A DNA stretch of 64,000 nucleotides from Hemiscyllium ocellatum. Taxonomy: Eukaryota. The notes below the pieces were generated by a model. The model saw only the letters and a program-made list of their open reading frames with translations, searched no databases and was not told the DNA's origin. The position numbers and the translations under genes were made by a program. Numbering within the stretch: the first letter of the stretch is position 1; every line of letters starts with the position of its first letter. This document shows, piece after piece, positions 1 to 11,500 of the stretch. Where the stretch lies: contig NC_083427.1 in assembly GCF_020745735.1 (NCBI RefSeq), positions 1,271,438 to 1,335,437 of the forward strand. The letters are read 5' to 3'.

Positions 1-37
1 GAATTAACCTCCGTCTGCCATTCGTCAGCCCAAAGGT

Positions 38-374
38 GGGCGGCACAGTGACACAGTGGTTAGCACTGTTGCCTCACAGCGCCAGAGACCTGGGTTCAAT
101 TCCTACCTCAGGCGACTGTCGGTGTGGAGTTTACACATTCTCATCGTGTCTGCGTGGGTTTCTTCCGGGTGCTCCGGTTTCCTCCCACAATCCAAAAATA
201 TGCAGGTTAGGTGAATTGGCCTTGCTAAATTGCCCATAGTATTAGGTGAAGGGTGGGGGGCGGGGGGTGGTGGTGGTGGAATGGCTCTTAGTGTGTTGCG
301 CTTCGGTGTTTTGGTGTGGACTTGTTGGTCCGAAGCACCAATTTCCACACTGTAAACAATCTAATCTAATCTAA
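38..374 (+). mobile_element. tRNA-derived SINE, HE1-like (elasmobranch V-SINE)
   Basis: Pol III A-box-like TGACACAGTGG (49-59), B-box GGTTCAATTCC (93-103), central GTGTGGAGTTT.CACATTCTC...GGGTTTC..CCGGGTGCTCCGGTTTCCTCCC domain, G-rich tract and a (CTAAT)n tail at 360-374. A second homologous copy is at 1880-2198. Confidence 0.85.
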
Positions 375-1180
375 AATGTGATCAAGATCCCGTTGTACTC
401 TGAGGTAACCTTCTTCATTGTCCACTTCGCCTCGAAGCTTGGTGCTCTTTCCTGAAACTGTGCAGAATTGTCATTGGTTTCTCTCTGAGTTCAAATAGGC
501 AATTACTGCTTCCAATACACTGATAAAATCGCCTTGCAACAACAGACAAAAATTGTCAGGTTTTTAAAGGTGAATGAAATTTTCAGCAATTAAATGGAAT
601 ATGTAATGATGTAGATGCAGTAAACTTTTACTGGCAAAGTTTGGGAGCATATGTAGACGATAGAGGAACTCAGTGATGAAATAGCATCATTCATAAGGGA
701 GAGGATAGCATGGAAGATGGGTCAGGCGTGAGGTATGGATGGAAGTATAGAACCCAGAGGTCTGGAGTGAACCACAGTGACGGCTTTTAGAAAAGCATGC
801 ATAGTTAAGAATAGAATGAAAGCGTTAAAATAACTTCCTGATAGAGCACAATTGAGAGAAATTAGTCATATCCATGACACATGACATTCCCAACGTTTGC
901 TGCACATCCGCCACTTCATCAACACAATCTTCAAAATTGACATGGTGACAATATCTCAAGTCCTTTTTTTCCGATGGACTGCAGCATTTAACTCCCACTG
1001 CCTCAGTGAGAGGATCAGTATGTTTGTGGCATAACTGAGAATTATCACAACCAGTACTCTATCAGTGCAGGGTCAGTTTGTTTAGAAATATATTTTCAAT
1101 TTTCCCACATAGCTCATGGAGTGCACTTTGTTGTTTCGGTAAAGTATCAAAGGCACGTTTTAGAGCTGGAACACACCAAC

Positions 1181-1790
1181 CATAGAATCAAAAGTTCATA
1201 GAGATGTACAGCATCGAAACAGAGCCTTCGGTCTGACTCGTCCATTTCAGTCTGATATCCTAAATTAATCGAGTCTTATTTGCCAGCAGTTGTGTCATAT
1301 CTATATAAAAACTTTCGAGTTCGACACCCATCCAGTTGTGTTTTAAATGCTGCAGTTGTACCAGTCTCTACCATCTCCTCTGGCAGTTCAATTCCACATA
1401 TGTACTATCTTCTGTCTGGAAAAAGTTGCTGCTTATGTCCCTTTTTAAAACTTTTCCCTCTCACCCTCATTCTCTGCCCTCTAGTTCTGGACTCTCCGAC
1501 TCCAAGAAAAAGGTCGTTTCGGTTTATCCTATCCATGTCCCTCATGACTTTATAAACCTCAATGTGGTCAACCCTCAGCTTCTAACGCTTCAGGGAAAAC
1601 GGTCCCAGCCTATTCTCCCTCTCCCTCCAGCTCTTCAAACCTGGCGACATCGTTGTAAATCATTTTTGTACCCTTCCATGTTTCGCAACAACATTTCTGT
1701 GGGGAATGTGTGGGGGCGGGAAGGGGGGTGGGGGGTGGTTGAATGGGGTGGTGGAGTCCAGGACTGCACACACTATTCCAATCACCGGGG
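1181..1790 (-). mobile_element. CR1/L2-clade LINE 3' end fragment (degenerate)
   Basis: Homologous to the better-preserved copy at 46306-47590 (catagagatgtacagcat.gaaacag..ccttcggtc...). Interrupted by a G-rich tract at ~1710-1745. Confidence 0.75.
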
Positions 1791-1879
1791 CCCGGCAGGT
1801 AGTAAGTCGTTCTCGAAATGAAAACCTTGACAATTCTACTGACAGAGGCTTTAAAGTCATGGATAGAAATCGAAGAAGT

Positions 1880-2198
1880 GGGTGGTACGGTGGCACAGTG
1901 GCACAGTGGTTAGCACTGCTGCCTCACAGCCGCAGAGTCCCGGGTTCAATTCCCGACTCAGGTGACTGACTGTGTGGAGTTTGCACATTCTCTCCGTGTC
2001 TGCGTGGGTTTCCTCCGGGTGCTCTGGTTTCCACACACCGTCACAAAGATGTGCAGAGCAGGTGAATTGGCCATGCTAAATTGCCCGTAGTGTTAGGTAA
2101 AGGGGTAAATGCAGGGGAATGGGTGGGTTGTGCTTCGGCGGGTCGGTGTGGACTTGTTGGGCCGAAGGGCCTGTTTCGAAGCTGTAAGTAATCTAATC
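1880..2198 (+). mobile_element. tRNA-derived SINE, HE1-like
   Basis: Duplicated TGGCACAG in the A-box region, B-box GGTTCAATTCC (1943-1953), same body as 38-374, 3' tail GGGCCGAAGGGCCTGTTTC...GCTGTA then taatctaat. Confidence 0.85.
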
Positions 2199-2929
2199 AT
2201 CCTCCTTCGTCTCGGAATGGCTATGAACTGAATTGTACTATGGCATACCATACAAATGAAGAAAATGTCATGAATTGCAGCCCTTCTTCTTGTTTTAAGT
2301 ATCACGAACGCTTTGGTTACTTCATTCTATTTATTAAGAAATGGAATATGTGGAAATGCTCTTTAATACCATACTCTCTGAGGTTCCATCGAAACTTCGT
2401 TAATGCACCTTTTATGATCAGCATGATCATTGACCAATATATCTCTGTTGTCCATCTAATGAGGATTTGACAATATCTAAAATATTCATACTATGTCATC
2501 CTGTCTAATGTAAACTTTTGGCAGTGTTCATTGTAAATCTGTTTGTACTTGCCGAATTAAAAATAGACATAGCCAATGAAAATTTATGTAGTTATAAGTG
2601 GTTAATGTTTCGATTTTAATAATTGTTGAAGTTGTTTTGTGAAATTATATTTTTCACTATCCCTAACCTGATCCCGTTGGTTAGGAGCGCGCAGTCAAAA
2701 CTTGTAAACTTGCGCAAGTCAAAAGATGAAAGTGGATAACCTAGCCACAACACATCATTGCTCTAAATGTAAACTTCTGGAACATTATTATGAGCAAAAA
2801 AAAGAGCAGAAAGGTCAACCTTTGACCAATGATCTTTATCATACTCCTCTTGATGAACTCCATGATTTACTTTTTAGCTCCAACTCTTAAGAGATTGGCT
2901 TTTGTTATGGTTTGCGAATTGTGGAATGC

Positions 2930-4040
2930 CTTAGGAGTCCTTGCTGGGTCGATTGCTGTTTATTATTTACATGAATGTTTTGAATGAGAATGTACACGCA
3001 TGATTAGCAAGCTTGCAGACAAAATTAAAATAGGACGTACTGTGTGCAGTGAGAAAGGTTATCTGAAATTGCAGCAGGACTTTGATCAACTCGGGAAATG
3101 GTTTGAGGAATGACACTTTGGGGTTAATGGAGATATGTGGGAGGGGCTGCATTTTGAAAAGCCGAATTGAGGTAAGAGTTTCATGAGTTTCTTCTATTTT
3201 GCTTTGCTCTTTTTTATGTCCTGGAACTTTACCTTGAGAGCTATGGTGTGTTGTGGCAAGGTTAGTCACTTTCATCTTTTAATTTGTGCAAGGTTAAGAA
3301 TTTTGACTGCGCACATCAAACCAACTGGATCAGGGTCTTAAAGAGTGATGAGGAACCGCGGGATCTTGGAGTTCATATCCACGGCTTTCCGAAAGTAGAG
3401 TCCCAGGTAGGCAGGGCAGGGAAGAAGGATTTTGGCATACTCGCCTTCATCAGTCAGGGCATTGATAATAGAATTTGGGACGTTATGTTGCGGTTTTACA
3501 GGACGTCGATGAGACAGCACTTGGAGTATTCTGTTCAGTTTTGGTCACCGGGATCTCGGAAGGATGTTATTAAACTGGAAATAGTGGAAAAGAATTTTAA
3601 AAGATTGCTGCCAGGACTCAAAGTTCTGTTTCATTTGGGAGAGCTTGGACAATGTAGGAGGTTGTTTTTATTTTGTAGCGGAGGAGACTGAGGCAGGAAA
3701 ATTAGAGAAGGGTGTCAGATCATGTGAGGCATGGTAGAAAGTGAATACATGCAGTCTTTTTACCAGGGTTGTGGGATCAAGAACTAGAGTGCATCAGTTT
3801 AAGGTGAGAGTGGAAAGAATGAAAGGGAACCTGAGAGTGAACCTTTTTTTACATGGATGGCGTTATTGAAATGGATGAGCTGCCGGCAGAAGTATTTGTG
3901 GCATGAACATTAACAATTTTTAAAAGGACTTTTGACAAACACATGGATAGAAAACTTCTTAAGAGATAAAGGCCAAGAGCAGAAAATGGGATTAACATGG
4001 GCGGACATTTTGGTCGTGTGGACGAGTTTGGGCCAAAGAA
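2930..4040 (+). mobile_element. CR1-like LINE ORF2 (RT C-terminal half plus 3' UTR), degenerate
   Basis: Broken frames give ISK(F)AD.., ...GILAFISQGIDNR.WDVMLRFYRT..RQHLEYSVQFWSP..RKDVIKLE, typical CR1 ORF2 motifs, with stops and frameshifts. Confidence 0.8.
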
Positions 4041-5589
4041 CTCTATGACTCTACTGGAAAGCAGAAAGAGAGATAAAAAAAACAGAGAGAGTAGAAGAAC
4101 GTGTGGACCATGTAATAAAAGTGATCATCATTTAATGCTAGATTTTAAATATTTATAGCTGAAAGGATGGTTGCCAGATCCATATTTATTTGCAGTTCTT
4201 GTTCTCAATACGAAAAGGCTTCAGTATCACCATAAAGGTCTGGACCACATATCGTTTGTTCACAACTGATCTAATGCATGTTAAGTCTGTAAACATGATT
4301 GTGAAATGATATAATCGAAGACAGAAAACAGGAATGGCGATCTCGGTCTGTGTAGTCAACTGGTCTATAACTTTACTGGCCAGGCCCTCAGAATCTGCGG
4401 TAATGCAATGAAAGAGGAAAAACAGAAATGCAAATCTCAATGTGCAATGAGATCTAGTCACCAAAAGAGGGAATCAGGACCTGCAAAAATGTAAATGATG
4501 ATGCAGTTAAAGCCACTTTGATACCATAGTCACTGTACTGCTTCGTTATCGATAACAACCTGCAAATATAATATTCCAGAAATATTCATGTGACATGAGG
4601 CACACTGAAGTATGAGCCTTTGGGCATATACGGAGCTAACTACAGGAAAAAGAGTGGAAACTGGTTCTTCAATTTAAAAAGTAAAGCACATAAAATGCTT
4701 CCCTTAAAATGTTTGACTTTTGGAGCGTCAAAGGCTAAATTGCAGCTGATCATAATACTGGACCACTGGAATCGCAAGGAGACCAGATCAGTTGACAGAA
4801 GCAGACTTGCTTCCCTAAACAACAATACTGAACAAAATTTCGAGGATATGGTCAGTTTGTATAAAGCATTTATTCCTGGATTAATAGTTGTTTTCAGCAT
4901 TTACTAGTTGCTCTGGCACCTGGTCTACTGCAGTATGATGAAGAGTTGAAGATTCTCCAATTACTTAGCAAAGAAACTAATGACCAGCTCAACTGCACTT
5001 AAGCATTTTGGACACTTTTGCACTAAGGAAAACATTTGAACTCGTGTCCTGAATTTAGCGAGTTTGACACTATTCCCTCAACTAATCCTTATCTGACAAA
5101 ATTCGGATTTCCCATTAGCTTGCAGTTGTGTCGGTGCCAAGGTGCTTTCTAAATGTGAGACTTTGGGGAATGTTCAGGCAACAAATGCAGTTTGGAAAAT
5201 GTAAAGATTCGTTTATCGTAAATGTTGAATGGCGATCCGGTGTGCAGTAACTTCCTGAAGAAGACAGCTGACTGTGTGTCTCGATATTTCATTGGGAACA
5301 AGGGACTAGTTAATTTTCACTCAGTTTTGATGCAAAAGTTGTAAACGTGGAAATAAGTGAGTAGATCATTGATCTTCCATGAAAAATATTGTGAAGCAAT
5401 AGCGAGAGCAAGTTATGCTTTCAAGCATGTCCCATATATGAAGAAACAAATGATAGACGTTCCACTATCTAAGATGGAGATGATGGACATAAGGTTTTAT
5501 TTTGCAGAAAGGCCTGGCCAGTGGTTTAGAACCTGAAAGATTGCATTAACAACTTGCATGATTGGTGTCAGGTGATGCAATTGGCTTGA

Positions 5590-6610
5590 TGGCAGGTTTG
5601 CAAAGTTTAAAAGTGGAAGGATGCTTCTCCGACTGGCGCCTTGTGAATCGTGGAGTCTCTGGTGTGACCATTACTGTTCGTTATCTATATCAATCATTTG
5701 GGCGAGAACGTCTATAACATAATTAGCAAGATTTGAGAAGACACTAAATCAGAGGTTTGTGAACGGCGAGGAAGGTTATCAGAAATTGCAGCAGGACCTT
5801 GAGCAACTGAGGAAGTGGACTGAGACATTGCAAATGCAGTTTAACATAGTTACCTGTGAGGTTTCAGATTTTAGAAACTCAAATCAAGGAAGGAGTTTCA
5901 TGTGAATGACATGGCCTCAAAGAGTGTAGTAGAACAGAGCAACCTTAGATTTCAGGTGTACGGTTCTCTGAAAGTGGAGTTAGCAGGCAAGAAGACTTTT
6001 GGTACACTGACCTACATCAGTCAGGGCATTGAGAATACAAGTTGTGAAGATATGTTGCAGTTGCACAGAACCTTTCTGAGGACGCACTTCGTGCATTGTG
6101 TTCAGTTTTGGTCACCTTGCTATAGGAAGGATGTCATTAAACTGGAAGGAACTCAGAAGAAAGTTACAAACATGTTGCATATACTCAATGGTCTGAGTTA
6201 TCGGGAGACGTTTTACAAAATGGGACTTTTTTTCTTTAGAGCCGATGAGACTGAGGGTGGATCATATGGAAGATCATAAGATCATGGATGGGGTGAATGC
6301 ACTCAGTGTTTTATTCTTGGTTGCGGGAACAAGGATTAGAGGTGATTAGTTTAAAGTTTGAGGAGAAAGAATAAAGAGAACCCGAGAGGCAACATATTTG
6401 CACAAGGCGTGGTGTGCATGTGCAATGAGCTTGCGAGTGGAAGTGTTTGAGGCAGGTTCATCAAAAAACTTTTAAAAGGCATTTGAATAAATAGACAGCG
6501 AGGAAAGATATCGGAGGACATCTGCCAAATGCAGGGAAATGGGGTTAGCATGGATGGAACCTTTGGTTGGCAACAGCCAGTTTGGGCCAAAAGGCCTGTA
6601 CCCAATCTCA
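5590..6610 (+). mobile_element. CR1-like LINE ORF2 3' fragment, degenerate
   Basis: ORF 5902-6279 contains FGTLTYISQGIE..CEDMLQLHRT..R.HFVHCVQFWSPCYRKDVIKLEGTQKK; ends in a tgggccaaaaggcctgta tail. Confidence 0.8.
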
Positions 6611-7344
6611 ATGGCTCTCCATTTACGTTCTTGTGCCGAAATGAACGTTTAATTCGCATATCAAGCCATGTTCCCGCCCAATCAATTTTGGTCAGTAACA
6701 GAGCATCCTCAAAGAATAAACACGCCATTAATTTATTGTAATGGCAATATCTCCACTCAAAGTGCTAACAAGTTGAATATGCAAGTTTTGTATTCATTCC
6801 CAGGTTTAAGGTGTTCATGTAGGCTTTTGCTGTTTTGTTTTTCTACTTTTGTTAACGCCTCAGCATGAGAGTCGACGAGATAGAAGGCTGGGATATGAGC
6901 ACTGTTGGAGTGCAGAGAGTATTGAAGTTTTCTATCCTATTCTGATTTAACATTGGGGAATGGAAACCACATCGGCTGTACTGCACAGTCTGAAAAATCA
7001 ATTGGATTGAATCTTGCTAAGACAGATAAATAATAATGGCAGGCGGAAGACTTGCATCTGTGATGTTGTTGTTCTCTGGAACAGCTGTAGACTACTCCTT
7101 TTCGATTTCCCTATAAGCCATGGCGACAGCGTTCTACTCCTCCATTCTGTTAGTCCTGAGGAATTCCCCAAATACCATTAGATGTGGTACCCTTTGTGAG
7201 TTCAAAAATACTTCCTTTTACTACTTTGTGGCTTACTCTAACCTATGATCAGTGACTGAATTCTATTCTTACCAATAGCGTAAGTATTGGAAAGTAGGTT
7301 GGATTTGTTCATTGATCATGCGGGAACAAAGCTCGAATATCCAG

Positions 7345-7450
7345 TCAAAGAGTCATACAGCACGGAAACAGGCACTTCGGTCCAATTAGCACATGCCAAA
7401 GACATGCTTATCCAATTGTCTTTTAAATGCGATAACCGTGTTTTCACATA
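7345..7450 (-). mobile_element. CR1-like LINE 3' tail fragment
   Basis: agagtcatacagcacggaaacaggcacttcggtccaa matches the reverse-oriented LINE tail at 46310-46365. Confidence 0.6.
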
Positions 7451-7484
7451 TGCAGTATGATTGGAAATGAAGTTCTCTGTGGAA

Positions 7485-7610
7485 AACATGAGGAATGCAG
7501 ATGCTGGAGATCAGAGTCAGAAAGTGTGGTGCTGGAAAAACAGAGCTGCTCAGGCAACATCCGAGGAATAGAAGAGTCGAGGCTTCCACCATTAGCTCTT
7601 CCTCAGGAAC
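7485..7610 (-). repeat. Short shark interspersed repeat (Penelope-like terminal repeat) with degenerate hammerhead core
   Basis: cagatgctggagatcagagtc...gtggtgctggaaaa.cagagc...tcaggc.acatccgagga also occurs at 8600-8690 and 45815-45900. The minus strand reads CTGAGGA...GAAG (core GAAA mutated). Confidence 0.55.
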
Positions 7611-8408
7611 GATTGTGAGTTATACTGCATAACATCTCCTATCGTTGATCAAAAGGGCACGTGTCAGCCAGAAACCAACCCTGACATGATGTACTTGAAT
7701 GCACTTGTCACTGTTTAGTGGAAGATACCTCAATACTCTGGAAATACATTCTTATAAACTCTGACCCTCGTGTCTGTCGAGCACGCCTCAGCACAATTCC
7801 GGAGTTTAACATGACTAAATATTCAGACAGGAACATTTACTAACGGACTCTCGTCTTTATTCTTGCAATGCAGCAGATCAGGTATCATGGCACATGGAAA
7901 TGTTCACCTGTGTCTGAAACTCCAGCTCTTTATTTCATGATCTCAAGCCCATACTCATCACGAAGTTACTGCCACTACACAGTTGGATTTCCATTAACCC
8001 CTGTTCACATTCAATATTACCTTGCTGTCAGCTTGAAAGACAAACACACATTAATCGATTGTTTCACCCTATCCTTCATCATTTCAATTACTGTTCAATT
8101 TTCTTTATACCAGTTTCTATTTCAAAGCAACATAAACCTTCCTCTGCGTCCTGTTTTCTGTCGTTATTTTTTTGTAGACCCCTTAAATGTTGACATAAAT
8201 TTATACAATGCTGTGATATTGCTTTAAACTATCTATACTGATTGCCCTTTCGTTATCTGTGCTGTTACGCCTCCTTTGTCATGTTGTCAAGAGAAGTTTC
8301 GATTTTCTGTCTTAAAGGAGGGAACTTTGTTTCACATTACAAAAACAGAATTCTCTTCATTCAGGAATTTCGATGAATTGATCTGTGGGAGCTCTACACT
8401 GAGGCGTG

Positions 8409-8423
8409 CACACACACACACAC
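8409..8423. repeat. (CA)n microsatellite
   Basis: cacacacacacacac read directly. Confidence 0.8.
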
Positions 8424-8599
8424 GGTAGATGGTGATAGAATTGACATGGAGTGTCTGTGAATGATGCTTATGATGTCTCTTCCGAGAAATGGTCATTGTC
8501 TGACAAGTGGCAAGAATCTAGCTTACTGCTTGTCTGCCCAAGCCTGGATTCTGTACAGTTTTTTGTGAGGAATAGAGAATCTGAAGTGTCAGATCGATA

Positions 8600-8690
8600 T
8601 GTGTGCCGCTAGAAAAGCACAGCAGGTCAGGCAGCATACAAAGAGCAGGAGATTTGAAATTTTGGGCATAATCCCTTCATTAGGAATGTC
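8600..8690 (-). repeat. Short shark interspersed repeat (Penelope-like), degenerate hammerhead core
   Basis: gaaaagcacagcaggtcaggcagcat...gagcaggaga; the minus strand reads CTAATGA-AGGGATTATGCCC-AAAA, a decayed CTGANGA-stem-GAAA. Confidence 0.55.
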
Positions 8691-9812
8691 AAGATCACAC
8701 CCTTAGAATTAAAGGCCTTCACTGCATTTTTTTGTTCAAATAGAAACTACCACTTTACGTTGTATGGATAGTACCTGTTTATTAAACGATTTTCCCTTGA
8801 AACTAACAGTGCTGCGAATGCTTGGCAGCTTCTGTTGCGAGTAAATGAGCTCAGGTTTAAGGCTTTCATGGTTTGTTAAAGTTAACATGATACAAAACGG
8901 CAGTAGGGGTCTTTCACACAATCATATTCAATCATTTTCAAATGTTATTTATTAATAATAACTCAAAAGATTGACACCACTGCCAGTTTTGTGCAGAATC
9001 CGAAACCCTGAAACTTCACTTTCAGTTAGGAATAGATCACAGTTTTACACGAATGTCGGATTGGAAACCCAATTCCAGAATTTCCCATTGTCCAGTTGTA
9101 AAGGAACAAACACTGAAAAAAATGCCGGAAATCAACAGGTCTGACACATCCTAGAGTTTTGCAGAAAGGTCATACTGGATTTGAAATGTTATCCCTGCTT
9201 CTGTCTCCTCAGATGCTGTCAGTTGACAGTTCCCGTCTGGTCATCTTTGATTTAAGATAAACTTGGTCGTTTTCATGCTGCGAGCTGACACTACAGAAAC
9301 GCGACTGCAACTGACTATCTGCAACTGGGAACATTACCAGTTGGAAATTCTAACTCAAACCACTCACCATTCCGACTTGGAAATGTGTTGCAATTTCTTC
9401 AATATTGCAGAGTCCATATCCTGGGGTTCTCTCGCTAATGGCATTATATATCTACCGTCAACACATTGACTGCATGATTCAGGATGGTCGGTCATCACCC
9501 ACCACACCCCTCCCCCCAGTCTCCGTTGTGGACTGGAAATGATCCCCGAAAAAGAGTTCAAAAAGGTAACCTAGACCTTAACATTTGATGTTAAAGACAG
9601 ATGTGAAGTGACTATCCCAGCAGTGATTCAGCTGGTCATACAACTTCGCTTAAAGTAAATCAATATTTTAGTTAAAACTAGAGTTGGAAAAAAAAACAGA
9701 ATTGAGAATAGCTTGTTGGAAAACAGAACCAATCCAACACAGCAACTTAAGTAAGAAACTTCTCCCATCAAGCAACACCCCGTAAACACATCGGTTGGAA
9801 AAAGGGAAATTT

Positions 9813-11500
9813 AAACACAGATTCTTATCAGTTAGAGGGAACAACCTACAGTTCCCAGGCTTTTGCTTTCAGTCTTTCTTAAATAATGACAAAATACTTG
9901 AACCCTTCTGCCTTTTAGCAGTTCACCCGTGGTTGTCCATGTCACAGATATTTCTGCCAGACGCTGCAATTACATTTCTAGAGTCCCACAATATACTAGG
10001 ATAAACCTAAGCATGTCCCAAGTATTCGTCTACTTTTATGCATTTTAATGCCTTCTGTATAACCTTGTCAGTAATGAGGACTCTTCTCAAGAGATGTATA
10101 TTGATTTCGCTGAGTTACTCGCGTCCATGTCTTCCTGCATTCTGACACAAAATATTCGTTTGGGACCTCGGCCATCTCCTGTCGTTTCACACATATATGT
10201 GACCCTTTCTTTAAGAGGCCTTATTCTCTCCCGAGTAAATTTTTCGCACTTAATATACATGTAAAATCATTTTTAATTCTCCTTAATCTAAATTGCCAAA
10301 ATTATCTCCTATCCCCTTTATGCTGTACTCCTTTTCCTCTTAGGTATGCCCCTATACCCCCTTTACTCTCAAAGGATTCACTGATCTCAGATATTCACAA
10401 CTGAAATATGCCTCTTGCTTTTTCTTGATCCGAGCGTTAACATCTCTCCACAGTCAGCGTTCCCTCCTCCTGTCAGCTGTGCCCTTCATTCTCACAGAAA
10501 CATGTTGTCTCTGAACTCTTGTTATGTCACTTTTGAACGCTTCCAATTTGCCAGATGTCCTTTTGCTTGCGAAGAGCCCCACCCAATCAACTGTTGACAG
10601 TTTCTATGTAGTAACATCAATGTTGGCCGTACCCTGATTTAGAATTAAACTTGTGCATTAGTTGTATCATTTTCCATTTCTATTTCAGGAGAATAGAATT
10701 ATAGTCACTGGTCCAAAAGTTCTCATCCTCTTGCCTGACTTATTTCCCAAGAAGTGGTCGACCTTTGCCTCTTCTCTGTACATCCATCTACATATTGATT
10801 AAGAAAACATTCTCCCTTGTAAAGGAAGCGTTGCTGCACCCATATCAGTGACATGAGAGGATGAATAATAATCCATACGAATCACTCCATTGACACATTT
10901 CTGGTTGAAACAGAATCGTAGAACCATAGAACATATCGATAGTCTAATCTGCCAGTTTTACATGCGTGCTGGCTACCTTGAAAGAGACATCGAATTTGTA
11001 GCACTTTAAATCACTTTCACACTGATTATTTTATTTGCAAACTACCCATTCTCTTGCTTTTTCAAGGTCAATGTGTTTTCTGTTGTCCCTTGTTTTAAAG
11101 CAAGTATTTTACAATCATGCTCAACTATTGACAGCACTGACAGAGAAAATGCTTTACTCCCACAACAAACCTATAATCATGAATCCATCAATTAAATAGT
11201 CTCTGCAACTACAGAAATACAGCAACAGAAAGTGGAGTTGCAGGTCGATAGGATAGTGAAGAAGGTGTTTGATATGCTTGCCTTTATTGGTCACTCCATT
11301 GAGTATTGAGTTGAGAGATCATGTTACGGCTGTACAGAACATTGGCTAATCTAGTTCTGGAGGACTATCCGCAATTCTGGTCTCCCTGCTGAAGGAAGGA
11401 TGTCGTCAACCCTGAAAGTTTTCACCATAGATTAACAAGGATTTTGACATAAGTGGAGGGTTTGAGCTATCGGGAGAGTCTGAATAAACTGGTGGTATTC
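9813..11500. repeat. Array unit U0 (internally deleted by ~3.8 kb)
   Basis: The first ~39 nt match the unit start, then the sequence jumps at AG 9850-9851 to ttcccaggcttttgc, which lies ~3.85 kb into full units. Confidence 0.85.

Noticed and set aside
38-110. tRNA gene (A and B boxes present; also at 1890-1955)
   Set aside because: The boxes belong to the tRNA-derived head of a SINE. No full cloverleaf is seen and the SINE body follows directly.
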